Origin: Zygnema circumcarinatum SAG 698-1b
Taxonomy: Eukaryota > Plantae > Zygnematophyceae
Length of the DNA stretch: 64,000 nt
Assembly (NCBI GenBank): GCA_037447605.1
Contig: CM074820.1
Coordinates: forward strand, 186,001-250,000
Direction of reading: 5' to 3'
The notes below the pieces were generated by a model. The model was given only the letters and a program-made list of their open reading frames with translations, searched no databases and was not told the origin of the DNA. This document shows positions 1 through 27,210 of the stretch, piece by piece. Position 1 is the stretch's first letter, and each line of letters starts with the position of its first letter. Made by a program: the position numbers and the translations under genes.

Positions 1-312
1 GGAGAGGCGGAGAGGGGAGGGAGGGAGAGGCGGGGGGGGGAGGGAGGGAGAGGCAGAGAGGGGAGGGATGGAGAGGAGGAGAGGGGAGGGAGGGAGAGGC
101 GGAGAGGGGAAGGAGAGGCGGAGAGGGGAGGGAGGGAGAGAGAGATGGACAGGAAAGGGATGAGAGGAAGCGGAAGATGGGGAGAGGGCAAGGGAGTGGG
201 AGAAGGAAAGGGTCAAAGAGAACGGGAGGGACAGCAACAGGATAGGGAGAGGGCGGGCGAGAGACAAATTATCCTTATTAATCATTTAGGCAGAGGAGTC
301 AAACAAACCCAC

Positions 313-1740
313 TTATAAAAAGGAGCCATTGTTGCATTTGCCCAGCAGTTATTCGTAAAATGATGGATCCGTCGTTTTACTTTGTCGAATAGAACCACAA
401 AAGGATGTATTAAGATCATAAGGGCGAATAACGGAACGGCGAGCGTTAAAGTCCACACATAGAATGCGACCGCCCGAATGATCTGTGCTGCAGTGGCGGG
501 TTCTGCAGTTTAACGGAACGGCAACAGCGTGACAGCGCGGATGACGTCAGTCCAACGGGTGAACTTGACATGAAAACTGGTTTGCAAGCTAAGCACCTTC
601 ACTTAGCTTTGGGGGAAGAAAATAGTAGTGGAAAAATGTTTGCCAGCAAACCATCTGACCCGAGAAGGAATGGAGAGGGAGAGGAGGGAGGTGAGGCAGG
701 GGTGAGCGTGTGAGAGAGAAGAAAGCGGGAGAGGAGAGGGAAATGACGAGAGGAAGGGGGAGAGAGCGGGATGACAGGGAGAGAAAGAGACGAACGAGAC
801 AGCGGGAAGTGGGAGGGGGGGAGGGAGAGAGAGAGAGAAAGAGAGAGAGAGAGAAGGGAGAAGGAGTGGAACTGGGAACGCTAGCTGGCACGTAAAGGAC
901 AAATACTCAGTGAGGGGGAGAGAGAGAGAGGGAGAGGGAGGGTAAGGAGGGGGAGATGCACCTTTTTCTGAATCTGAGGACGGCAGTTCAAATGGTCCCT
1001 CAGGCACTGCTGCGCCTGCCACCTGGCAGACTGTGGTTGGCCGAAGAGATCTCCTCGTACAGGGTGGACACCCAGCGAGGCGACGCGTGGCAGACAGCTT
1101 TAAGGGCACCGAGCTTCGTGAATGCGACCGTACAATTGCTTGTCTTACCTGGAGCCCATCTCCTGCAGCCGCAGACAATGCGCTTCCGTTCAGTGACAAA
1201 ACGGGTGAAACAGGGAAGAGGGTTACTTTCAAGGTTTTAAATTTATGAGTGTGATGGGTCTAAATTTTTAGGGTTCTAAAAATGGAACTTTTGAGGGTTC
1301 TAAAAATAGAAGTTTGAGGGTTCAGTTCAGGCTCGCTGCGGTTTTTTTTTTTTTTTTTTTTAAGTTTTATCAGGTGGATCAGGATTATAAAGATTGAAAT
1401 GCCTTCCTTTTGCGAAATAACGGCTGGCGGCAGGATTAAAAAAATTAAAATTCTAGAAATGAAGGGCATGCCACAGACTTGAGCCCTGAACTTATTAACC
1501 CTAAAACTCCAAGAGAGTTTTAGAGTTAATCTTTTAGATTAACTCTAAAATCCCAAAAACCAAAAACCAGAAACTTACTTTCCCTTCGCGTTAGTTAAGC
1601 CCAATCGAGGAGGTGCCCAAGGCCTTCCTTCCCCGAAAGGACGCGGAAGCTTCCTCACCTTGCAGGAGCGGTATGGGCCGCCCGGGCCGTACGGACGGAG
1701 GGGCGAAAGTAGAAGACGGGAGAGAGGAGAGAGCCGCCAT
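313..1740 (-). CDS. LPAT1: Plastid 1-acyl-sn-glycerol-3-phosphate acyltransferase (LPAT1/ATS2), first three exons; gene continues off the left edge
   Basis: Exons 1740-1659, 1162-962 and 502-313 join in frame at GT-AG sites. They give a transit-peptide-like N-terminus, then IRAVAFYVWTLTLAVPLFALMILIHPFVVLFDKVKRRIHHFTNNCWANATMAPFYK, which matches the HPFV..FD..RR.HHF...W....PFYK segment of plant LPAT1. Confidence 0.85.
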
Positions 1741-2520
1741 GGCTGGTGCAGGTGCGGGGGGGGAAGAGAAGGGAAAATATGGGACGAGTAGAGAGGGAAG
1801 GAGCGGTAGACGGAGGGAGGGAGGGAGAGCGGGAGAGAGAAGTGGAGAGGGCGAGAGTAAAAGGAAGGAGAGGATAGAATGAACTTCGTCAATGGATAGG
1901 GCGATCTATGTAGTGAATAACGGAACTTAGAAACGACGTCAGTAACAGGATCTGTGACGACACAGGTCCAGCAGTGACTGGAACTGCATGTAGCCGGAGT
2001 CCGGCTGCCGGACACCCTAGGGGATGCGACGGCTCTTGGCGATATCCCGATACGATACAAAACGAGCAGATACGGTGATGGGTCCAGCGTCTTTACGATA
2101 CCGTATGTTGGGATGTGTGATGGGATCCGAACGAGTCTTATTTACGACAACCGTTGGATCAAGCATTGGCAATGGTCCAAGCATTTTGTTTGGCAGGCGG
2201 AGTCTCAACGAGTTGCAGGTTCACATGGGTTTTGGTATTCAGGGTCGTTTGGGTTTTGGGGGAGGGGGTTCAATCTTTTGTCTTCAGTCTTATTAGGGCT
2301 TGAAGCTCTTCAGATACTCAACCGCAGTCTGAACCCTAAAGGGTAAACACAGGCTGTAAATAGAAGCCCACCAGACAGACATCGTCAAAAAGTGCAAAGC
2401 GGCTAACTCTGCTTCCTCTTGAGAAAGGTTCCAATGCAAGTTACAGAATTTCACTAAAGTTACTACATCATATCCTAACAAATCGGCTACACAAATCTCC
2501 GGACAATCCATTGGACGGAC

Positions 2521-4702
2521 TCATTGAACTGCGGCTATTTGTGCCCACTCTCCGTCGACCGCTTCTTTCCATAGCGTGACGTTGTTGTTCCCGTCAGAGA
2601 CAGCCAAAATATTTCCCGTCAGTGACCAGCTCACACGCCAAACCGGCACTTTGAAATCGTGCAGGACATCGCCCACCCACTGAGCCCCTTCACTTGCTTG
2701 CGTCCATATAATGACAGTTCCGTCCTGCAGTAGACGATAGGGAGGGGGAGAGAGAGAGAGAGAGAGAGAGATAGAGAGGGAGGGGGAAGTGTGGGGGGGC
2801 ATGATGAGGTTAATATCCACCTCTGATCTATGATTATGCGTCCGGGATATTCCCGGGAGGCTCCGGGTCTTTTGAAGGGGGGGGGGGGGGGGGGGGNNNN
2901 NNNNNNGGGGGGAAGAGTGAGAGCGGCAGAGGGCCAGTTTGAATGAGTGTGAAAGTATGCGCGTGCATTGGACAGTGGAAACACAGTGAGCAAACTCCTT
3001 CACCTCAAATTTCAGATATCTGTGGACCTCTAATTCCACCACTCTCACCTGCGAAGCGCTCGCAATGGTTGTCTTTGGCAGGCCAAGGTTCGGCGCCCAA
3101 GCCACGTCTCTCACCCAGTCGGTGTGCAGGCTGAGAGGCGGAAAGCAGTCCATCTTCCAGTGACCCTCCACCAGCTTCCACACCTTCACTGTGTTGTCGC
3201 AACCTCCTGAAGCAAGCAGAGGGGCGCTCAGCCCTTCTCCTCCCTGCACCTCTCCCACTATCGAGCCGGGGGCTGTTGCAGGGGCCCAAGAGACAGAAGT
3301 CACTCCCACAGGGTGTGCCTGAGTGATCTTTGTTGTCTCCCACCCGCCGTCAGGACGGGCCGTGAGGATAGAGATTGAGCCGTCGGAGGAGGCACAGGCA
3401 AGGCGGAGTCCAAACTCATGGGGAGCCCAATCTATGGAGTTGATGGAGGCCTCGTGCTCGTGGAACACTTCGGCCTGGAGGAGGGGAATACAGCTAGGTT
3501 TTGGATAATGACGCATCATTAAGGGAGGAAGCGAGGAGGGCAAGAGGGAGGGAGGGAGGGGGGGGAAGGGATAGTTGCTGGGAATTGATAGGGAGGGGGA
3601 TGGCTGCCTACTGCGTTTGAGGGATAAAATGAGAGAATGAAAGAGATAGAAGAAGTGTGACTACGCATAAACCTAAAACCTAATCTTCGCTTACTAGGGC
3701 GCCTAGAAAGAGTGACAGAAGCACCTTAGGATACCCCAAAGACGAAAGACCTAACCTTGCAGGGAGAGGAGAGAGAGGCATCAAACAATTTTCTCCGCAC
3801 TATCACGATTAAGGGAGCAAGCGATCCAGAGAGAAAGGGAAAGGTCGATCGAGAGAAAGGTAGGGAGGGAGGAGAAGGAAGAGCAGGAAGGAGAGAGAGA
3901 GATCGAGACAGAGAGGAGCAGAGCACCTGCACCCAGTGGTTCTCTGCAGTCTCCTTCCATATGATGACCTTGCGGTCATAGGAGCACGAAGCCAACACGC
4001 TCCCAAACTTCGGATGAGCCCACGCAACTTGCCACACCGGACCCTCATGCCCTGCACATGTGCGAAATTCCGTAAATCTCTAATCTCTTTATAACTACTA
4101 GTGGGATCTTGGCTCTACATGCACCTGGGATCCCCTTGCCATTTCTTCCACTGCAAAAAATGCTGACCCGAGGGGTCTGAAAGCGGTTCAAGATCACAGG
4201 TAGGAGGGAGAAAGAGAGAGCATTGGAGGGGAGGTGAATGAGAGTGGGAGAGGAAGAGAAATAGGCAAGTAATTCAAAGGGATCAAAGTGGGAAAGGCGA
4301 AAGAGAGAGGAGGATAAGGGAAATATGAACGACAATGAGGAGTGAGAACGGGCCGAGCGGGGAGAGGCCGTCTACATGTCGGGTAATGGAGAGTAAAGGG
4401 AGAGCGACAGAGTGGGAGAGAGGGACAGAAAGAGAGGGAGAAGTGGGAAGGGTAAGGGACGGAGAGTGAGTAGAGGCTCGAGAGAGAGAGAGAGAGAGAA
4501 GGCGGAGGAAGGAAAAGAGAAGGGAGAGAGGGAGAGAGAAACCTGTAAGGTCTACGATGTGAGAGTGGTGGTCCCCGTTGATGGCGAAGAGCTGGATAGT
4601 GCGGTCGGAGGAGCAGGAGGCGAGGCGGCGGCCGTAGTAGTCCAACTGCACGTCGTGGACCATGTCGCTGTGCCCCGACTCCATCACCACGCTGCCGCTC
4701 AT
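2521..4702 (-). CDS. SEC13: SEC13 WD40 protein (COPII coat / nucleoporin)
   Basis: Exons 4702-4543, 4051-3927, 3474-3049 and 2724-2521. Motifs: [83 protein letters not shown]. Confidence 0.97.
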
Positions 4703-5176
4703 GGCGGCGGCTTCTGAAGCTTCAGTGAGAGGAGTAGAGAGAGAGGGGGGTGGGAGAGGTGGGAGGAGAGAGAGAGGAGGAAAGGTCGTGGGAAGGAGTG
4801 GGAGAGGAGCCGGAGACTCAGAGAAAGGGGAGGGAAATCGAGATAGTGGGAAAGAGGATGCGGGAGAGAGACGGAGAGGGGAGAGAGGAGTGGAACGGAG
4901 AAATTAGGGTTTGGAACTGTGGCCTGAACTGCCCACATGGAACTGCACGAGCGGCTTCTTCCGTACACTGCCGTGCGTTCAATATATCGTCAGTATCGTA
5001 TCGTAAATATCCCAGTACGATCTGTACAGATTTTCAACCGTTGACGCCGGGAGACGCGGGGCTGGACGACTTTAGCGAGGGTTTACCCTAAGGCGAAGTG
5101 CTTTTATCAAGCGGTCGTCCGTCAAAGCAGTTTCCTGGAAAACACTTGCAACGACATAAGCTTCTCTACCTCCCTC

Positions 5177-5212
<36 letters not shown>

Positions 5213-5256
5213 ACACACACACACACACACACACTCGGCCCTCTCTCGCCTCTTCT

Positions 5257-10768
<5,512 letters not shown>

Positions 10769-11638
10769 ATTTTTTCGTTCACAGAATATGAATAAATGAG
10801 TTGATACTGTTTTTTTGAATCCTGAATAAGAGTATGGGCAAGAGGGGGCAAAAAAAATCTGGTCTTCAAATTTGACGGTTTTTTCCTTTCTATTGTAAGG
10901 CACTGTCTTGGCATGCTGCAGAGAAATTGATATTTCCCTTTTCAAGTAATGGTTCAGTGGTTCAGCAGTGGTTCCGTGTTTTTTTTCGTGATAATTGTAA
11001 TAATGTGGAGAACAAACCGGGCTCTCAAAGGGCCGGTTTATGGTCCTCGGTTTGCGGTTTGCGGTTTGCGGTTTGCAGTTTGTGGTTTGTGGTTTGTGGT
11101 TTGGGACAGAGCAGGCCAGAGGGAGAGGGAGAGGGAGAGGTGCAATGGCGCAGGATGCAGCAGGGGAGAGAGGGTGTGGTCGGGGGCACAGAGAGCACAC
11201 AGAGAGCAGGGCGGAGGAGGTAGACAGGGAAGGGAGAGAGAGGGGGAGGGGTGAACAGAGAGGGTAGGACGGATGGAGAAGTTAAAGTGGGAGAGAGAGT
11301 GGGCAAGATGGAGGACGCAGGGAGAGAGAGAGAGTGATGTGCAGAGAGAACGAGAGAGAGTGGGTAGTATGGAGGACGTAACGAGAGAGAATAGAATTGA
11401 GGAGGGAGATGAGTACACAGAGGGTAGGATGGAGCACGTTACGAGAGACGAGGGCCTTAGGAGAGAGAGGTGCACGTAACTGCTAATGATGAAGGAGGTA
11501 AGGGAAGGGAAAAGGCATCGAAAGGCCAGCAAAGATTCGTAATATCGGAACTATGGCCCATATCGATGCCGAAAAAACTTTCATCGCTGAAATTGAAATG
11601 AAATTTTCTCCATCGCTGAAAGTATTCTTTAAACATTA

Positions 11639-11841
11639 GGGGGGTCAGACATTGACCATCGCCAAATCAATTTAGTAAGCCTGTCGGGCGAATTAAGCAT
11701 TGGCTAGGTACGCATTTCGGTACGGCTGTGTACGGTGGAGCCGCGGATCTCGAACCGGAATTCGTACACGAAATTTTGACTTTTAGTACTGTATACTAAA
11801 TTCGGGAATTTAGTACTCTATGGTCAATGTCTGACTCCCCA
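11639..11841. mobile_element. MITE, TA-flanked, TIR GGGG(G/A)GTCAGACATTGACCAT
   Basis: Left ggggggtcagacattgaccat and right atggtcaatgtctgactcccca are inverted repeats with TA on both sides. The terminal motif is shared with the 49-51 kb copies. Confidence 0.7.
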
Positions 11842-12636
11842 TAATGGAAGGAGTGAGAGGAGAACAAAGAAAAATGGGAGAGGAGGAAGAGATTGAAACA
11901 AGAGCGATGGTTGTGGAAAGGAAAGAAAGAAACAATTGAGAAGAGAGAGAGAGAGAAGCGCAAGTAGAAAAACGCTTGACTTGGTTGATCTACAAGAAAA
12001 AGTTTTGGAAGGAGCTTTGAAAAAACGATGGGTGAATAAGACTTTTCTATTCTTTTCATTCACCCATCGTCTTTTCGGAGTTCCCTCTAAAAAATTTTCT
12101 TGTAAGTTTGTCAAATCATACATTCTCGGTTTAAGTTCTTTTCGCCTTCATTCGAACATGGCTTCAAAATGGTTTCCTTTTCAACCTCAAGTTTGAACCG
12201 CCTCCCTCTGCCACTGCAGGCCGTACCGTACCATGATGTACTGTACAGTACAGTACATGGCAACGGGATTGTCCGTACAATGACATTCATGGAACCGCAG
12301 CGAAGCGCGGCAAGCCAAACAGCGCTGCTTTCAAAATAAGAAACGAGTGAAAAGGCAAGTCGACTTTTGAGTTCTCTTCCTCAGACCTCAAGTTTGAAAG
12401 CGACCGCGATTCCAATTTGAAACTCCGCCAGGCACGCATTCCTTGCTGTCGCCTACTTCAGTTTTGGTGACTGTCCGAGGGCAAGGGTTGATGATTTCAG
12501 TTCAAAGCGTGGACAGAGAGAGCAGGCAGCAGAGAGAGAGTGAAGGCAGGACTGCCACATTGCAGACGCGCTTGCAAATCAGGAGTTCTTCTTTATTACA
12601 GAATTCGTCCGGGCTCATTTTAAAGACTGAAGAGAT

Positions 12637-19277
<6,641 letters not shown>

Positions 19278-20020
19278 ACCACACTTGCTGAGACCCATGG
19301 CTCCCTCCATAATATGCTAGATTGAATCAATTGAGAGAAATTAGTTCACATTGTATTGTATTGCGTGAGACTTGCACTATACATGCTAAGTGCTCCATTC
19401 TACGATCGCTGTAGCTTCCTCCATTATATGTTAGATCGCAATTTAATTCAATTCAATTGTAAGAATTTAGATCACATTGTATTTGTTTTGTCCTGCATCA
19501 GGCACACGTGTTGTACACTTTCCTGTTCCGCTCTGTTTTTCCTTTTTTATTTTATTCTGTCGCTGCATCCTCCCCCCTTCTATTCCAGTTCGTTTTGCTG
19601 GGCTTTTGTTCCTTTCTGTACCATTTGGTTCCGGTGCATTCCGCTTCTTTCTGGTCCGTTCTGTTCGTTCCATTCTGTTAGTTTCAATCCATGTTCCATG
19701 TTTTTGAACGAATGGATATGAGGAACTATGGGTTGCACCGAACATCATCAAATTGGATGACATGCTAGTAAGACGGTTTAGGAGCGGAGCGTTCTCTTTC
19801 ATTTTGAAGTCATGTCAACTACTTGACTAAGTTAAGTTGCATAAGAAAAGGTCTTTTGCCTCGCAGACGAACAAACCGAATGCGAGTCTTCAAATGTTAC
19901 TCCTTCCTGCCTTCTGGATTTCGACTGTGTTTGGAGGACGACATGCCCACCTTCACCAGCTTCAGGATCCCAGTAGTAACAAGCCTTAAATCATAGGCCA
20001 GGTTTGAGGGGGTTCGGTCT

Positions 20021-21913
20021 TCAAGACACTACCGCTGAAATTACATCACTGGCATTCGGAAAAAAAAATAGGCATAAAATGAAAAAATCGAATACTTTTG
20101 ATTTTGTAAGCTGCCTGTCCTACCATGTTTCTCACTCACCTCCCCCCTCCACTCCCTCCAAGAAGTGAAGGTGCCGCCTGCCCCCTCATTTCCTCCTGCA
20201 TCTTCTTCAACTCCTCCGGGTCTGCCCAACGCACCCCCTACTATTCTCAGTTTTTGACGAAAAACCGGATGCTCAATTTCAAGAAAATCATACAGTTCAT
20301 AGAAACACTAACATACGTTAAGCCTCCCAAATCAAACTAGTTGAGGTGTGTTTTTTTCGTACAGCCCTAAAGACTCTTAAACCAGACTCTCAGCAGATCA
20401 CACCATACAAAAACAAGATGGCGTTCAGAGAAGAAACCACGAGAGGCTTCTAGAGTTAAGGAAGGCGGACCCATGCGGCTGAGCTTACCCATGCCATCCA
20501 TGAGGCGAGGAAGCACCACCATGACCACCACCATGAAGCCCACCATCATGCCCATCGGGCTCTTCAGAAGACTCCAAACAGAGAAGGGCTCCCGCTTCTG
20601 CAGCGAATCAAGGCGTGCCAGGTCAGCGGTACAGTCAGCAGCAATCACAGCTCGCCTCTTCAGCACGTCTCAGCCATACCATCCAACCCCATAATGAGTC
20701 CATGTGTTAAAAAGGAAAAAAGGAAACCACAGAGAAAATCTCCTGCAAACCCCCTGAACCCTAAAAAGGCCCAAACCCAACAAACCCCATTTCACCTCAA
20801 AATATTCCTCAGGCCTCGCTGGCGTGAGCACCATGGAGTCGCTGAGCACCTGCCTCTGATCCTCCGCATAGACGGCCTTCACCTGTCCCTTAAGGCGGGC
20901 ACTCACATCCAGCCTCACCTGTTCCATGTCGCTCACTTTACCTTTGTCAGTTTGCGTTGAACCAACAAGGAGCCTGTCACTGAATTCAGGCTGAAAGGGG
21001 AAAGCCAATCAAGGTGGTAAGTCTGCGGAGCGGAGCTCACCGGAGGGAAGTATGCTCCGATCGCTACAACCTCCAAGAGATGTGTGCCAGCTGGTACACC
21101 GATACTGGTCAAAAGGTCAAAGAATCACGCTCAAATGGATATGATAGTATGGATGAATAGTAATCATCTAAGAATATCTACGTCTGTACATTTAAGCCGA
21201 GAAACCCTACGAACATCCCATAAAACTAAGGGGTGGGGGGAGCGTCTCAGAACCCTAGAACCCCTCCAACAACTTTTATATCTTCACAAGACTGGATTAC
21301 CCATGATCCAGAGCTACAATTAGAGGTTTTAATGTCATCACTAAAATTCTACTTTAGCGCTATTTATTTACCTCTTTCCTTACAAAAATAGCACCCTCAC
21401 ATGCTGAAGGATACAAAGAAAAGTAACCATTAGGGCGAGGAAAGGTAACACGCTCGCCTCCGTTAAGAACAACCTTCACACCTGCTGCTCTCCCCTTCAC
21501 TCCTGCGGGGCGGAAGGGAATGGAGGCAGGTTTCAGGTACCTCGTTCCGATCTAAAACCCCCTTCCTCTCGCCCTCCCTCCTCCAACCATCCATCCCTCC
21601 CTTCCCTACCCTCCCTTCCCTCCCTCCCTCCCTACCCCCTTCCCCCCTTCTTCCCCACACCCTCCCTCCCGAAAATCATCTCCAATCCACGTGGTAGCAC
21701 AATCCACGTGGCAGTACAGTCCACATGGCAGCACGCCACGCGTCCACGTGGCAGCTCACCCTCCAATCGCACGATGCCCTCCACCGCATATCCGTCGCTC
21801 GACACCGCCACGTGGCCAGCTCCGCCGCTCCCCGCGCTCGCGAGGGTTGATGTCGTGGTGGCTGCACATGCTGCCACGTGGAGGAGAAGCGCAACGACAC
21901 GTGGCAGCGCCAT
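20021..21913 (-). CDS. EMC7: ER membrane protein complex subunit 7
   Basis: Signal peptide, then exons 21913-21760, 21502-21415 (KVVLNGGERVTFPRPNGYFSF), 21104-21041 (VPAGTHLLEV), ~20918-20796 (VRLDVSAR), ~20597-20489 (REPFSVWSLLKSPMGMMVGF) and ~20222-20140 (DPEELKKMQEEM). The terminal exon ending at 20021 is tentative; read-through to a stop at ~20133 is the alternative. Confidence 0.92.
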
Positions 21914-23429
21914 GGCGCTTTCTTGTCGGAGGAGAAGGAATTGACGAAGGGCCAAAATGCTGAAGGACAATATGATGCGATATCATATCGTATCGTCGTA
22001 ATATCGTATTTGAATATTGTATCGTGTCTTTATAATATCGTATTGTTGTTATATTTAAATATCGTATGAACGATACCTTTCGTACGAACGAACTTGTACC
22101 CTATAGGTCACTAGCCAAAATAGCCAAGAAAGGGGTCGAGAAAAAGTCTACAAGGCGTTCCGACAGTCTGAACACATGGGTCCTCGTCAAATCCAACCTT
22201 TGATTTTTAGGACACGTGGCAGCCAGAAAGCCACCAAGGCCGTACGCTATCTGCCACGTGGCACAACTTAACGGACGTGGCAACGCGAGCTCCAGCCAAG
22301 CCTTTTGTCGTCTTTTGGCTGCCCTAAATCCTGTGACGAATCACAGACGTTCTTGACATGTGTAAAACAAAGAGTTTTCTGGTGGCCTGCCCGTGCGATT
22401 GTGGTTTGCGGGCGCACGTCGCGACGCGTGTCCTTTCTCGCCACGGGCGGCACTAAAAAGTTTCTCAGAAATTTTAGTTTTTTATCAGATATTTTTTTTA
22501 ACAGACCGAAAGGTCAAAAAGGTACGATCTGGAGTTTGTGACCAATAGGACGTCTCGTTTGGTCTTGTAGGAAAAGAAATGTCTTGCCCGTGATGTACGG
22601 ACAGACATTGCAACAAAAACTTCTGCTTTTTCCGGGCAGATAAAACATTTCGGCCCCTGTACTGTACGGAATGCCTGGAACTATAATCGTGGCCTTCAGC
22701 CACTTTTTTTCGCCGGGTTGAAGGTAAGGTCGTTTTCCCGAGGCCTATTTTAATTTTTTATTGATTTTTTTTGTGTTATTTTTGTATTTAAGCTTTGGCG
22801 ATGCTGATCGAGATTGTGCGAAATAATTGGGAGCTACATATGTGTATTTTAATCTTGATTGAAGCATTAGGGTTGACGCGCGCATAATGCTTTGGAAAAA
22901 TTAGGGTTTCCATAAGGGCTTCCCTCCCTGGCAAATTGGGCAATTGGAGGGCTGTGGGAGGTAAAGGAAGGAGGGATGCGTCTCTGCAAGCAATGGCCGG
23001 GGAAGAGGAAGAGAGGGGGAGGAGGAGGAGAGGGCGGGAGGCGGAGGGGGAGAGGTGGGGATGGGGGGAAGGGAGAGAGGGGGAGAGGGAGAGAGGGGGG
23101 GAGGGAGAGAGGGAGAGAGGGGGGAGGGAGAGAGGGAGAGAGGGAGAGTGGGGGAGAGGGGGAGAGAGGGAGGGGGAGAGAGGGAGGGGGATAATGGGAG
23201 AGGGGGAGAGGGAGAGCAGACAGTGGGGGCGGGTCGGGGAACTAAAAGCTTCAGAATTGACTGCAATTCTCTACTCCTACGTACTCCTCTGATTACTTCC
23301 TTGCTTTTTTCTCTGCTTCTTGCTTCTTCCAAACGCAGATTCATCGTTTTCACGCTGCTAAACCAATTCAATTGATTCATCCTGCGCCTGTCACACCATC
23401 CTCAACATCACCATCATTTGCATCATCCA

Positions 23430-27210
<3,781 letters not shown>

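Noticed and set aside
11030-11530. Possible gene in the GA-rich, (GGTTTGY)n region between PAT and RECQL3
   Set aside because: Only low-complexity ORFs; no exon chain could be built.
22901-23380. Pro/Ser-rich minus-strand ORF
   Set aside because: It is the translation of a purine tract upstream of the 23430 gene.
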